Positions 40,174-49,684 of a stretch of 64,000 nt of DNA are shown here, piece after piece (the first letter of the stretch is position 1; every line of letters starts with the position of its first letter). Both the position numbers and the translations under genes were made by a program. Below the pieces are notes generated by a model. The model did no database searches, was not told the origin of the DNA, and saw only the letters and a program-made list of their open reading frames with translations. The stretch is from Allosphingosinicella sp. (GTDB taxonomy: Bacteria; Pseudomonadota; Alphaproteobacteria; Sphingomonadales; Sphingomonadaceae), in contig DASVVX010000006.1 of NCBI GenBank assembly GCA_036386295.1, forward strand, positions 1,431 to 65,430, given 5' to 3'.

Positions 40174-40812
40174 TCAACGGTAGAATATGTGGTTCCCGAC
40201 CGCTGCTACCCTGGTCAGCCGCCAGCGCGGCGAAACGTAGCGGGCGTGGAAGAAGAGAGCGCGCGGGGCGCCGCCGTCGGCCAGCTTCTCGCGGGCGATA
40301 TGGGCGATCGCGACGGCGCGCTTCCAGGCCAGCGAGGCCCGCGCGACCGCCGGGATCCGGCCGCTGCGGACGAACGAGAACTGGCCGCGCTGCTTGACCA
40401 CTCCGCACACCGAGGCGGGGAAGCGGCCGGAGCGGGCGCGGTTGAGGATGACCTCGGCGACGCTGAGCTGGCCGCGGAGCGGCTCGCCCTTCGACTCGAA
40501 ATAGACCGCGCCGGCGAGGCATTCGTGCTGCGCATCCGCGGTCCGGGCGCTGGCATGGCGGTCGACGAGCTCGTCGAGGCTGCTTGGAGCCGGCTTCTCG
40601 GGTTCCGCGGCCGGAGCGGGATCCGCGGCCGCGACGGGCGGGGCCGAGGCGGCGGGCGGCGGAGCGCCGACCGGGCCGGAGATTTCGGCGGCGGGCTCGG
40701 CAAGGACGGTCGGCAGGGGCGAGCCGGTCAGCTCCCACGCCAGGGAGGGGGCGCCGAAGACGAAAACGAAAGTAGCGGCCGCGAAGGACGCGGCTCGGAA
40801 AAAGCGGATCAT
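40174..40812 (-). CDS. SleB-like cell wall hydrolase
   Basis: CLAGAVYFESKGE..GQ..VA.VILNR, CGVV.Q..QFSF and GNHIFYR motifs. Confidence 0.93.
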   Translation of the reverse strand: MIRFFRAASFAAATFVFVFGAPSLAWELTGSPLPTVLAEPAAEISGPVGAPPPAASAPPVAAADPAPAAEPEKPAPSSLDELVDRHASARTADAQHECLAGAVYFESKGEPLRGQLSVAEVILNRARSGRFPASVCGVVKQRGQFSFVRSGRIPAVARASLAWKRAVAIAHIAREKLADGGAPRALFFHARYVSPRWRLTRVAAVGNHIFYR

Positions 40813-40980
40813 TCAATCTCTAGTCAGTGCGGCGAGCGTCCCACGCCGGATGCCTGTGAAGAATGCGCATCCCGGGCCGCCTTCCGTCTCGCGTGGCCGC
40901 CCCCTCCCAATACCCCGGGCTCGTTGCGGCCCCCCGCTCTCGAAGGACGGGTTCCGGCTAGGTTGTGCGCTGCAGCAGAG

Positions 40981-41325
40981 TCAATCGACCGCGTTCATTT
41001 CAGCGGCGAACCGTTCGGCAGACGGGACGTCCAGTTCAATCAACCAGGAATCCGGGTCGAAACGCCTCAGCCGTGCGATAAAATCCGGAACTTCCCGAGG
41101 ATTTTCAATGCGTTGGCTTCCGCTCTCCTGCCAGGCGTAGCGGCCCTCCGGCTGGAGGAGGCGCTCGAACAGCCGCGGATTAGCGCCTTTTTCGAGGAGG
41201 ATAACGAGAATCGAGCCGGAGGTGGCGTCGCCCTTGGCGAGGACCGCTCCGAACCCGCCTTCGCCTTCGGCCTTGCGGATCAGGCCCCCTGCCACCACCG
41301 ACGCGGTGATTCGCGGCTCCATCAC
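40981..41325 (-). CDS. DUF1491-family protein
   Basis: GGFGAVLAKGD..SG and RFDPDSWLIEL motifs. Confidence 0.82.
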   Translation of the reverse strand: MMEPRITASVVAGGLIRKAEGEGGFGAVLAKGDATSGSILVILLEKGANPRLFERLLQPEGRYAWQESGSQRIENPREVPDFIARLRRFDPDSWLIELDVPSAERFAAEMNAVD

Positions 41326-41783
41326 CCGGCCGAATAGCCGGGCAGCCCGCTGAGCGGGATGTGGGACCGCATGAAGGTGCCGGTGCCGCTGGCGGCGAGC
41401 TGGCCGTCCGAGTCGATCAGCCGGGCCTCGCCGACGAACACGCGCCGCTTGCCGCTTGCCCAGCGGCCCTCGACGGTCGCCCGGCCGGCGCGGAGCGGCC
41501 GGGTGAACAGCAGGTTGAAGGCGGTGGTGAGCAGGAAACGGTCGGTGACGAGGCTGTTGCAGGCATAGAAGGCCGCGTCGTCCATCATCTTGAAGTAGAG
41601 CGTCCCGTGGGCGGCCCCGGCGGCGTGGTAGAGACCTTCGGCGATCTCGAACGTGATTCGGGCGAAGCCCCTCTCGACGATCTCCAGCCGCGATTCGAAC
41701 AGGCCGTTGACCGGGGCGTGGCGATAGAGCGATTCGAGCGCCCGGAAGTGCGCCGCCGCACCGGCCTCGGCCTCAGGCGGCAT
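41322..41783 (-). CDS. PaaI-family thioesterase
   Basis: HAAGAAHGT.YFKMMDDAAFYA hot-dog fold motif. Confidence 0.9.
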   Translation of the reverse strand: MPPEAEAGAAAHFRALESLYRHAPVNGLFESRLEIVERGFARITFEIAEGLYHAAGAAHGTLYFKMMDDAAFYACNSLVTDRFLLTTAFNLLFTRPLRAGRATVEGRWASGKRRVFVGEARLIDSDGQLAASGTGTFMRSHIPLSGLPGYSAG

Positions 41784-42240
41784 CTCGGTTTTCGACTCCG
41801 GACAGCAAGGCGAACAGGGCGTCCCTCGACCGCGCGCCGCGCAGCTTGGCGACCGTGGCACGATCGCGCAGCACCCGGCTGACCGACGCCAGCGCCTTCA
41901 GATGGTCGGCGCCGGCGTCGGGCGGCGACAGGATCAGAAAGACCAGGTCGACCGGCATTGTGTCGACGGAATGGAAATCGACCGGCGCGGTCAGCCGGAC
42001 GAAATAGCCGAACACGCCCTTCAGGCCCTCGATCCGAGCGTGCGGGATCGCGACCCCGCCGCCGAACCCGGTCGAGCCGATCTTCTCGCGCTCGCTCAGG
42101 GCGGCGGCGATGGTCTTCGAATCGAGCCCCGTCCGGCGCGCCGCGGCGACCGCGAGCAGCTGGAACAGGCCCTTCTTGTTCGGAACGGTCATCCCGGCAT
42201 CGACCCGGTCGACGGTGAGGATGTCGGTCATGTCGTTCAT
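41773..42240 (-). CDS. ptsN: PTS EIIA-Ntr-like protein
   Basis: EREKIGSTGFGGGVAIPH and HLKALA motifs; follows hpf. Confidence 0.92.
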   Translation of the reverse strand: MNDMTDILTVDRVDAGMTVPNKKGLFQLLAVAAARRTGLDSKTIAAALSEREKIGSTGFGGGVAIPHARIEGLKGVFGYFVRLTAPVDFHSVDTMPVDLVFLILSPPDAGADHLKALASVSRVLRDRATVAKLRGARSRDALFALLSGVENRDAA

Positions 42241-42325
42241 CGATCCAATCGATCCACCGGATGCGGTCGCGCGGGAAGCCGCGCTGGGAATGGAAAAGGA
42301 TAGCGAGGCTCGCTCGCCGGGCGGA

Positions 42326-42703
42326 TCAAGCGCCGGGCGACTCGGCCCCGCCTCGTCGGTAGCCGAAGCCCTCGGCCGCCTCGAGCTCGGCGGCGGCGTC
42401 GGCATGGTGATCCTTGAGCCGGCGCGTGTGCCGGCGCAGCTGCTTCTCGATCTTGTCAGCGCTCGAATCGAAGGCCGCCGGCGCCGTGGCGGCGCGGTCC
42501 GCCGCCTTCAGCACCACGCCCTGCGGCGCATAAGCGACGATCTCGCAGGTGAAGCCGTGATCGTGCGGGCCCTTGCCGAACGTCACCTGGGCCGAGACCA
42601 GGCGGGACGAATATTTCTCGGCGGCGGCGGTCAGCCGGGTCGCGACCCGCTCGCGCAGAGCTTCGCCGGTATCGACCTGGTGGCCCGAGACGCGGATATC
42701 CAT
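42326..42703 (-). CDS. hpf: Ribosome hibernation factor HPF/RaiA, short 125-aa form
   Basis: MDIRVSGHQVDTGEAL and DKIEKQLRR..RRLKD motifs; no C-terminal domain. Confidence 0.9.
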   Translation of the reverse strand: MDIRVSGHQVDTGEALRERVATRLTAAAEKYSSRLVSAQVTFGKGPHDHGFTCEIVAYAPQGVVLKAADRAATAPAAFDSSADKIEKQLRRHTRRLKDHHADAAAELEAAEGFGYRRGGAESPGA

Positions 42704-42755
42704 TTCATTCTCCAGCAAAGGGCCGGCGCGGATTAGGCGCCGCCGCGGCTCAACG

Positions 42756-43469
42756 TCAACCGCGCCCGTCCAGCCGATGCCATATGGGATTGGCAAGCGT
42801 CGACAGGAAGTGGGCGTGCGCCTGAAGCTCCTCCTCGGTCGGCCCGTGGGCGCGCGGAGGCCGGACCTCGATGACGATCGGCTCGATCTCGCCGACGCCG
42901 GCCATGTCATCCCGGGCGATCGGCTCGGCGACGATGTCGGTGAGGGTCAGCCCGATCTGGCGGCCGCCGGTGAGCTCGACATAGCATTGGGCGAGCAGCT
43001 GGGCGTCGATCAGGGCGCCGTGCTTGACTCGAAGGCTGCGGTCGACTCCGAAGCGGGTGCAGAGCGCGTCGAGGCTGTGCTTGGCGCCGGGATGGCGGCT
43101 TCGGGCGAGCTGAAGCGTGTCGACCATCCTCGACATGCAGATCAGCGGATGCCCGCAATTGTTGAGCTCGTGGTTGAGGAAGCCGAAATCGAAGCCGGCA
43201 TTGTGCGCGACCAGCGGACAGTCGCCGAGGAAATCGAGCAGCTCCCGGGCGCGGTCGCGGAAGCGAGGCTTGTCGGCGAGGAAGGCGTCGGTGAGTCCAT
43301 GCACCGCCTCGGCGCCGCTCGGCATCGGCCGCTCGGGATTGAAATAGGCATGAAAGGTCCGGCCGGTCTCGACCCGGTTGAAAAGCTCGACGCAGCCGAT
43401 CTCGACGACCCGATCGCCGGCGAGCGGGCTGAGGCCCGTGGTCTCGGTGTCGAAGACGATTTCCCGCAT
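42756..43469 (-). CDS. dnaQ: DNA polymerase III epsilon subunit
   Basis: FDTETTG, AHNAGFD, HGALIDA and LTGGRQ motifs. Confidence 0.96.
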   Translation of the reverse strand: MREIVFDTETTGLSPLAGDRVVEIGCVELFNRVETGRTFHAYFNPERPMPSGAEAVHGLTDAFLADKPRFRDRARELLDFLGDCPLVAHNAGFDFGFLNHELNNCGHPLICMSRMVDTLQLARSRHPGAKHSLDALCTRFGVDRSLRVKHGALIDAQLLAQCYVELTGGRQIGLTLTDIVAEPIARDDMAGVGEIEPIVIEVRPPRAHGPTEEELQAHAHFLSTLANPIWHRLDGRG

Positions 43470-43477
43470 GGCTTCGA

Positions 43478-44071
43478 CTATGAATCGGCGGGCGGGAGGA
43501 GGCAAGCGAGGATGCGGCGAACCGCTCGTCGCGTCTCGTCGAGGGAGCCGCCGGTGGGGATGACGAAGTCGGCCCGGGCGCGCTTCTCCTCGTCCGGAAG
43601 CTGGCGGGCGAGGATCTTCTCGAATTTATCCGCGGTCATGCCGGGACGGGCGAGGACCCGCTCGCGCTGAACATCGGCCGGGGCGGAGACGACGGCGACC
43701 TTGTCGACCTGCTCCGAGCCGCCGGCTTCGAAGAGGAGCGGGATGTCGAGGACGACGACCGGCTCGGCCCGATGGCCGGCCAGGAACGCCACCCGCTCAC
43801 GGGCCACCGCCGGGTGGACCAGCGCCTCGAGTCGCCGGAGCGCCTCGGGCTCGCCAAGCACCCGCTCGGCCAGCGCTGAGCGATTCACGCCCTCGGGTCC
43901 GGTGGTGCCGGGAAAATGCGCCTCGATCGCCTCGACCAGCGCTCCCTCCGGCCCCTGCAGCCTGTGCACCGCCGAATCGGCGTCGAACACCGGCACGCCC
44001 TCGTCGGCGAACATCTTCGCCACGGTCGACTTGCCCATGCCGATCGAGCCGGTGAGGCCGAGGACGATCAT
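43478..44071 (-). CDS. coaE: Dephospho-CoA kinase
   Basis: [12 protein letters not shown] and LDIPLLFE motifs. Confidence 0.96.
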   Translation of the reverse strand: MIVLGLTGSIGMGKSTVAKMFADEGVPVFDADSAVHRLQGPEGALVEAIEAHFPGTTGPEGVNRSALAERVLGEPEALRRLEALVHPAVARERVAFLAGHRAEPVVVLDIPLLFEAGGSEQVDKVAVVSAPADVQRERVLARPGMTADKFEKILARQLPDEEKRARADFVIPTGGSLDETRRAVRRILACLLPPADS

Positions 44072-44895
44072 CGGGCGAGCAAGGCTCTCAATTCCTCGTC
44101 ACAGGCCCGGCTCGGCAGCAGCCCGTAGAAACGCTCGAAGGCGCGGCGGGCCTGGCCGATCAGCACCGCGAGGCCGTCGACGGCCGTCAGGCCGGCCTCG
44201 CGAGCGCGCCGGAGCAGGACGGTTTCGACCGGCGACGTCACCATGTCCAGCACATAGCCTCCCCGCCGGAGGCCGCAAAGGCTGTCGAGGACCGTGTCGG
44301 GCATCGGCGGAAACCCCGTCATTCCAAGGGGGCTGGCATTGATCACGGCGGCGCAGTCGACGAGCGCGCGCTCCGCGTCGTCGATCCAGAGAGCCGCACC
44401 GTCCACGCCCAGGCTCTTGAGCAATCTCGCCGCTCGGCGCGGATCCCTGGCCAGCACGCGCAGATCGAACGCGCATTCGACCGGAATCGAGGCGACGAAC
44501 GCCCGCGCCGCGCCGCCGGCGCCGATCAGGCAGACGGCGTTTTCGGTCGGGGCGAAAAGCCAATTCGAGGTCGCCTCGCTTATCCCCTCCCTGTCCGTGT
44601 CGAAGCCGACGAGGCCGCCGCCGCGAGGGATGACGCAATTGAGGGAGGGCAGTCCCTCCTCCACCTCGTCCAGAAGGGGCACGACCGCCTGCTTGAGCGG
44701 CATGGTGACGTTGCAGCCGCGCCAGTCGGGATCGCCGCGACGCGCCTCGAGGTAGGAACGCAGATTCCCGGCCGGGACCCGGGTCGCTCGATAATCCCCG
44801 TCCAGGCCGAGCCTGGCGAGCCAGAATTTGTGGATGGTCGGCGACTTGGAGTGGACGACCGGATCGCCGATCACCTCGGCATAGGGGACGCCCAT
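44068..44895 (-). CDS. aroE: Shikimate dehydrogenase, divergent central region
   Basis: HSKSP.IH, NVTMPLK, GAGGAA and DGL..LIGQA motifs; maf-aroE-coaE synteny. Confidence 0.88.
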   Translation of the reverse strand: MGVPYAEVIGDPVVHSKSPTIHKFWLARLGLDGDYRATRVPAGNLRSYLEARRGDPDWRGCNVTMPLKQAVVPLLDEVEEGLPSLNCVIPRGGGLVGFDTDREGISEATSNWLFAPTENAVCLIGAGGAARAFVASIPVECAFDLRVLARDPRRAARLLKSLGVDGAALWIDDAERALVDCAAVINASPLGMTGFPPMPDTVLDSLCGLRRGGYVLDMVTSPVETVLLRRAREAGLTAVDGLAVLIGQARRAFERFYGLLPSRACDEELRALLAR

Positions 44896-45488
44896 CAGCT
44901 TTTCAGAAGCCCCCGCTCGCGAAGATAGCCGAGCAAAGGGAGGAGCGGCATTCCGAGGATTGCGAAATGGCTGCCCTCGATTCGCTCGAACAATTGCGCG
45001 CCCATGCCCTCGATCCGGTAGCCGCCGACGCTCCAGCGCACCTGCTCATATTCCCGGTCGAGATAGTCGCGAAGGAAGTCCTCGCCGAAGTGGCGCATCG
45101 TCATCTCGACTGTTTCGCAATGCCACCAAACCGCCTCGCCGGCCTGAGCGACAACCGCCGACGAATGGAGCAAATGGGTGCGGCCGCTGAGAATCGCCAG
45201 CTGCTCATAGGCTTCTTCGCGCGACCCCGGCTTGCTCATCATGCTGCCGTCGTCGAGTTCCAGGGTCTGATCCGATCCGAGCACGAGCGCATCGCTTGCC
45301 GCCTGGACCGACAGCGCCTTCAGCTGGGCCAGTTCCTCGGCAATTCCTCTCGGGTCGAAGCCGGCGGCCTCGAGCCCGCCTTTCGCCGCCGCCTCGTCCA
45401 GCTCCGCCTCGACCGTCTCGAACGGCACCCCCGCGGCCTCGAGCATCTTCCGGCGCGCTTCGCTCTTCGAGGCGAGGAGGAGCCTCAC
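44895..45488 (-). CDS. maf: Maf-family nucleoside triphosphate pyrophosphatase
   Basis: LLLASKS.AR, LA.LKA, LGSDQ, SKP and GGY.IEG motifs; GTG start. Confidence 0.92.
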   Translation of the reverse strand: MRLLLASKSEARRKMLEAAGVPFETVEAELDEAAAKGGLEAAGFDPRGIAEELAQLKALSVQAASDALVLGSDQTLELDDGSMMSKPGSREEAYEQLAILSGRTHLLHSSAVVAQAGEAVWWHCETVEMTMRHFGEDFLRDYLDREYEQVRWSVGGYRIEGMGAQLFERIEGSHFAILGMPLLPLLGYLRERGLLKS

Positions 45489-46312
45489 GCGCCGGCCGCC
45501 GCGGCGTCGGTGCGCTCGTTGCACAATTTGACGATCGCGAAGGCGGTTTCCTCGATCGAGCGGCGGGTGACGTCGATCACCGGCCAGCCGTTGTCCGCGA
45601 ACAGACGGCGGGCGAAGGCGAGTTCGGCGTTGACGGCCTCGAGGTCGACATAGTCGGTCTCCGGCGCCTGGTTGAGGGCGAGCAGCCGGTTGCGGCGGAT
45701 CTGGACCAGGCGGTCGGGATTGGTGGTGAGGCCGACGACGAGCGGATGCTCGAGCGAGAAGAGCGACGGCGGCGGCGGCGCCTCGGGCACCAGCGGGATG
45801 TTCGCCACCTTGAAGCCCCGGTTGGCGAGATAGATGGCGGTGGGGGTCTTGGACGTGCGCGAAACGCCGGCGAGGACGATGTCGGCCTCCTCCCAATTCT
45901 CGGAGCCGATTCCGTCGTCATGGGCGATGGTGAACTGGATCGCGTCGACCCGGGCGAAATAGGCGGCGTCGAGGGCGTGCTGGCGGCCCGGGCGGCCCGC
46001 CGCCTCGCGGCCGAGGACGACCGAGAGCGCATGGGTCACCGGGTCGAGGGCGGCGACGGCGTGAATGCCGCGGCGCCGGGTCTTCTGCTCGAGATCGCGC
46101 CTGAGCGTATTGTTCACGAGCGTATAGAGGACGAGCCCGGGCCTGCGCTCGACATCGTCCAGGACCCGGTCGAGATGCCCTTCGGAGCGAACCATCGGCC
46201 ACAGGTGGCGGCGGACGTCGACGCCCTCGAATTGCGCGAGGCAGGCGTTGGCGATGACCTCGAGAGTCTCACCCGTCGAATCCGACAGGAGATGGAGATG
46301 AAGCAGGGTCAT
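45485..46312 (-). CDS. ppsR: Pyruvate dikinase regulatory kinase/pyrophosphorylase (DUF299)
   Basis: SDSTGET, HDDG, GVSRTSKTP and IDVTRRSIEETA motifs. Confidence 0.93.
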   Translation of the reverse strand: MTLLHLHLLSDSTGETLEVIANACLAQFEGVDVRRHLWPMVRSEGHLDRVLDDVERRPGLVLYTLVNNTLRRDLEQKTRRRGIHAVAALDPVTHALSVVLGREAAGRPGRQHALDAAYFARVDAIQFTIAHDDGIGSENWEEADIVLAGVSRTSKTPTAIYLANRGFKVANIPLVPEAPPPPSLFSLEHPLVVGLTTNPDRLVQIRRNRLLALNQAPETDYVDLEAVNAELAFARRLFADNGWPVIDVTRRSIEETAFAIVKLCNERTDAAAAGA

Positions 46313-46624
46313 CCCCGAATTCGCCTGTGGATAAGCATGGGGAAATCGCTAGCTTAAGCCTCGGGAGCGTTGCAAGCGCGGGCTTTCTCCCCGCAATCCG
46401 GAATCGGTCCACAGTTTCGCAAAGGTGAAAAAGTTCCTGACACTCGCCTGTGGAAAGCGGGGATGGATGGCGCGAATCCGCAGGCTTCCGCCAACCGCCC
46501 AGAGTCAAGCTGTTTGCAAAATCGGGTGGAGCCAATAAACCCCGCGACGCGCCTTCCTACAACCTACTACTGACTCTCTTTAAATAAGAATCTTATAGAG
46601 AGTAGAGCGGAGCCTTCCTTCCTC
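46313..46624. other. Chromosomal replication origin (oriC)
   Basis: ppsR/hemE divergent intergenic region; perfect DnaA box TGTGGATAA 46326-46334, near-match TGTGGAAAG 46449-46457; five GANTC sites; AT-rich tract 46578-46597; parABS nearby. Confidence 0.88.
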
Positions 46625-47650
46625 ATGGCCCTGGCCGAAAAGCCCCTGCTGAGCGTGCTAAGCGGCCGAAAAGCCGGGAAAACTCCCATTTGGCTGATGC
46701 GGCAGGCGGGCCGCTACCTGCCCGAATACCGCGCTTTGAGGGCCGACAAGGGGGGCTTCCTCGACCTCGTCCAGGATCCGGAGGCGGCGGCCGAGGTGAC
46801 CCTTCAGCCGATCCGGCGGTTCGCCTTCGACGGCGCCATCCTGTTCTCCGACATCTTGATGGTGCCCTTCGCCCTAGGCCAGGACCTGCGCTTCGAAGCC
46901 GGGGAAGGGCCGCGCCTGTCGCCGGCTCTGGTCGACTCGGCGCTGGCCGGGCTCGACTCGGCCGGGGAGCGTTTGGAGCCCGTCTACCAAACTGTGGAGA
47001 AAGTGGCCGGCCAGTTGCCGGAAAGCACCACTTTCCTCGGCTTCGCCGGCAGCCCCTGGACGGTCGCGACCTACATGGTCGCCGGCCAGGGCAGCCGCGA
47101 TCAGGGCGAGACGAGGCGGCTCGCCTACCGCGATCCCGCCGCCTTCGAGGCGATCGTCGACGCCATCGCCGGGCTCACCGTCGATTATCTTTCCCGCCAG
47201 GTCGAAAGCGGGGTCGAAGCGGTGCAATTGTTCGACAGCTGGGCCGGGAGCCTCTCGCCCGCGCAGTTCGAACGCTGGGTTATCGCTCCGACCGCGGCGC
47301 TTGTCGCCGCCTTCAAGGCCCGCCACCCGGCCACGCCGGTGATTGGCTTTCCCAAGGGCTCCGGTGGCAAGCTGGCGGCCTATGCGCGCGAGACCGGAGT
47401 CGATGCGGTCGGCCTCGACGAGACGGTAGACCCGGCCTGGGCGAACGCGGTGCTCCCGCCGGGCCTGCCGGTCCAGGGCAATCTCGACCCGCTGGCCCTG
47501 ATCGCCGGCGGCGAGGCGCTTGAAAGCGGGGTGGCACGCATCCTATCTAGCCTTGCGGAGCGGCCGCACGTCTTCAACCTGGGGCATGGCATCTTGCCGG
47601 ACACGCCGATCGGACACGTCGAAAAGCTCATCGAGCTGGTGCGCGCGTGA
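46625..47650 (+). CDS. hemE: Uroporphyrinogen decarboxylase
   Basis: WLMRQAGRYLPEY, AILFSDIL, QGNLDP and FNLGHGI motifs. Confidence 0.98.
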   Translation: MALAEKPLLSVLSGRKAGKTPIWLMRQAGRYLPEYRALRADKGGFLDLVQDPEAAAEVTLQPIRRFAFDGAILFSDILMVPFALGQDLRFEAGEGPRLSPALVDSALAGLDSAGERLEPVYQTVEKVAGQLPESTTFLGFAGSPWTVATYMVAGQGSRDQGETRRLAYRDPAAFEAIVDAIAGLTVDYLSRQVESGVEAVQLFDSWAGSLSPAQFERWVIAPTAALVAAFKARHPATPVIGFPKGSGGKLAAYARETGVDAVGLDETVDPAWANAVLPPGLPVQGNLDPLALIAGGEALESGVARILSSLAERPHVFNLGHGILPDTPIGHVEKLIELVRA

Positions 47651-48102
47651 TCGATGACATCGGAACGGCGCTCAGCTTGACCTACGCCTGGATCAAGGCC
47701 GGCCACGTCATCTTCGTGATCTTCTGGATCGCGGGCCTGTTCATGCTTCCGCGCTTCTACGTCTACCACCAGGAGGCGGCACCCGGATCGGCCGAGGAAG
47801 CGCGCTGGATCGAGCGGGAGCGCAAGCTCAGGCGCATCATCATCACCCCGGCGATGCTGCTCGTCTGGGTGTTCGGGCTGAGCCTGGCCTGGATCAACGA
47901 GGCCTGGGTCCTCGGCTGGTTCCAGGCGAAGTTCGTCCTGGTCGTCGCGCTGTCCGCCTATCACGGCTGGATGGTCGGCTATGGCCGCAAGCTGGCGCGG
48001 GGCGAGCGCCCGCTCAGCGGCAAGGCGCTTCGAATGATGAACGAAGTGCCCGGCCTCGCGGTCGTGCTCATCGTCGTCCTGGTCATCGTCAGGCCGTTCT
48101 GA
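47647..48102 (+). CDS. hemJ: Protoporphyrinogen oxidase HemJ
   Basis: WIKAGHVIFVIFWIAGLFMLPR.YVYH and RMMNEVP motifs. Confidence 0.93.
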   Translation: MIDDIGTALSLTYAWIKAGHVIFVIFWIAGLFMLPRFYVYHQEAAPGSAEEARWIERERKLRRIIITPAMLLVWVFGLSLAWINEAWVLGWFQAKFVLVVALSAYHGWMVGYGRKLARGERPLSGKALRMMNEVPGLAVVLIVVLVIVRPF

Positions 48103-48106
48103 CTAG

Positions 48107-48194
48107 CGTCGCCCCAGCGAAGGCTGGGGCCCCATGGGGCGAAGGGCACCGACGCCCTTCACCCGCCGGGATCCCAGCCTTCGCTGGGATGACG
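48107..48194. repeat. Family A palindromic element upstream of rho
   Basis: cgtcgccccagcgaaggctggggcccc ... gggatcccagccttcgctgggatgacg. Confidence 0.93.
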
Positions 48195-48207
48195 TATCTC
48201 TCTCGCC

Positions 48208-48236
48208 TTGACTTGAAAAATCGCGGAGCCTAACGC
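48208..48236 (+). promoter_or_regulatory. Candidate sigma70 promoter of rho
   Basis: TTGACT-N17-TAACGC about 100 bp before the ATG. Confidence 0.55.
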
Positions 48237-48334
48237 CCGTCAAGTCGTTCGCCTGCCGTCCGCGTAGGCATCCCCAGCCGCCGAAATCCCCATTCCCGCG
48301 CGGCCTGTCGACCATTCCTATTTGAGTATCCCCA

Positions 48335-49591
48335 ATGCATCTCAAAGATTTGAAGCAAAAATCCCCCGCCGATCTCGTCGCCATGGCCGAGGAGCTCGGC
48401 ATCGAGGGTGCATCGACGCTGCGCAAGCAGGAGCTGATGTTCTCGATCCTCAAGGTCCAGGCCGAGAACGGGCAGGAGATCATGGGGCAGGGGACGATCG
48501 AGGTGCTCCCCGACGGCTTCGGCTTCCTTCGCTCGCCCGAAGCCAATTACCTCGCGGGCCCCGACGACATCTACGTCGCGCCCAACCAGGTGCGCAAGTT
48601 CGGGCTGAGGACCGGCGACACGGTCGAAGGCGAGATCCGCGGGCCGAAGGACGGCGAGCGCTATTTCGCCCTCGTGCGGCTTTCCCAGGTCAATTACGAC
48701 GACCCCGACGCGGTGAGGCACCGGGTCAATTTCGACAATCTCACGCCGCTCTATCCGGACGAGAAGCTCACCCTCGACAGCGCCGATCCGACGATCAAGG
48801 ACAAGTCGGCGAGGGTGATCGACATCATCTCGCCCCAGGGCAAGGGCCAGCGCGCCCTCATCGTCGCCCCGCCCCGGACCGGCAAGACCGTGCTCCTCCA
48901 GAACATCGCCCGGGCGATCACCGACAACCACCCCGAGGTCTTCCTCATCGTCCTCCTGATCGACGAGCGGCCCGAGGAGGTCACCGACATGCAGCGCTCG
49001 GTGAAGGGCGAGGTGATCAGCTCCACCTTCGACGAGCCCGCCAGCCGCCACGTCCAGGTCGCCGAGATGGTGATCGAGAAGGCCAAGCGTCTCGTCGAGC
49101 ACAAGAAGGACGTCGTCATCCTGCTCGACTCGATCACCCGCCTCGGCCGGGCCTACAACACGGTGGTGCCCTCCTCTGGCAAGGTGCTGACCGGCGGCGT
49201 CGACGCCAACGCCCTCCAGCGGCCCAAGCGCTTCTTCGGAGCCGCCCGCAACATCGAGGAAGGCGGCTCGCTCTCGATCATCGCCACCGCCCTGATCGAC
49301 ACCGGCTCGAAGATGGACGAGGTCATCTTCGAGGAGTTCAAGGGCACCGGCAACTCGGAGATCGTCCTCGACCGCAAGGTCAGCGACAAGCGCATCTTCC
49401 CCTCGCTCGACGTCGGCAAGTCCGGCACCCGCAAGGAGGAGCTGCTCGTCGACCAGGGCACGCTCTCGAAGATGTGGGTGCTGCGCCGGATCCTCATGCA
49501 GATGGGCACGGTCGACGCGATGCAGTTCCTGCTCGACAAGATGAAGGACGCCAAGTCGAACGAGGACTTCTTCGCCTCGATGAACCAGTAG
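48335..49591 (+). CDS. rho: Transcription termination factor Rho
   Basis: [34 protein letters not shown] and EEFKGTGN motifs. Confidence 0.99.
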   Translation: MHLKDLKQKSPADLVAMAEELGIEGASTLRKQELMFSILKVQAENGQEIMGQGTIEVLPDGFGFLRSPEANYLAGPDDIYVAPNQVRKFGLRTGDTVEGEIRGPKDGERYFALVRLSQVNYDDPDAVRHRVNFDNLTPLYPDEKLTLDSADPTIKDKSARVIDIISPQGKGQRALIVAPPRTGKTVLLQNIARAITDNHPEVFLIVLLIDERPEEVTDMQRSVKGEVISSTFDEPASRHVQVAEMVIEKAKRLVEHKKDVVILLDSITRLGRAYNTVVPSSGKVLTGGVDANALQRPKRFFGAARNIEEGGSLSIIATALIDTGSKMDEVIFEEFKGTGNSEIVLDRKVSDKRIFPSLDVGKSGTRKEELLVDQGTLSKMWVLRRILMQMGTVDAMQFLLDKMKDAKSNEDFFASMNQ

Positions 49592-49595
49592 CTCC

Positions 49596-49682
49596 CGTCA
49601 TCCCAGCGAAGGCTGGGATCCCAGTGGGTGAAAGGCGCCCCCGTTCTTCACCCGACGGGGCCCCAGCCTTCGCTGGGGCGAC
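49596..49682. repeat. Family A palindromic element downstream of rho, inverted copy of 48107-48194
   Basis: cgtcatcccagcgaaggctgggatccc ... ggggccccagccttcgctggggcgac. Confidence 0.93.
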
Positions 49683-49684
49683 TA

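Noticed and set aside
40813-40980. Definite c-di-AMP riboswitch call
   Set aside because: Only one short segment resembles it and the other conserved elements were not found. Kept only as an unknown-leader candidate.
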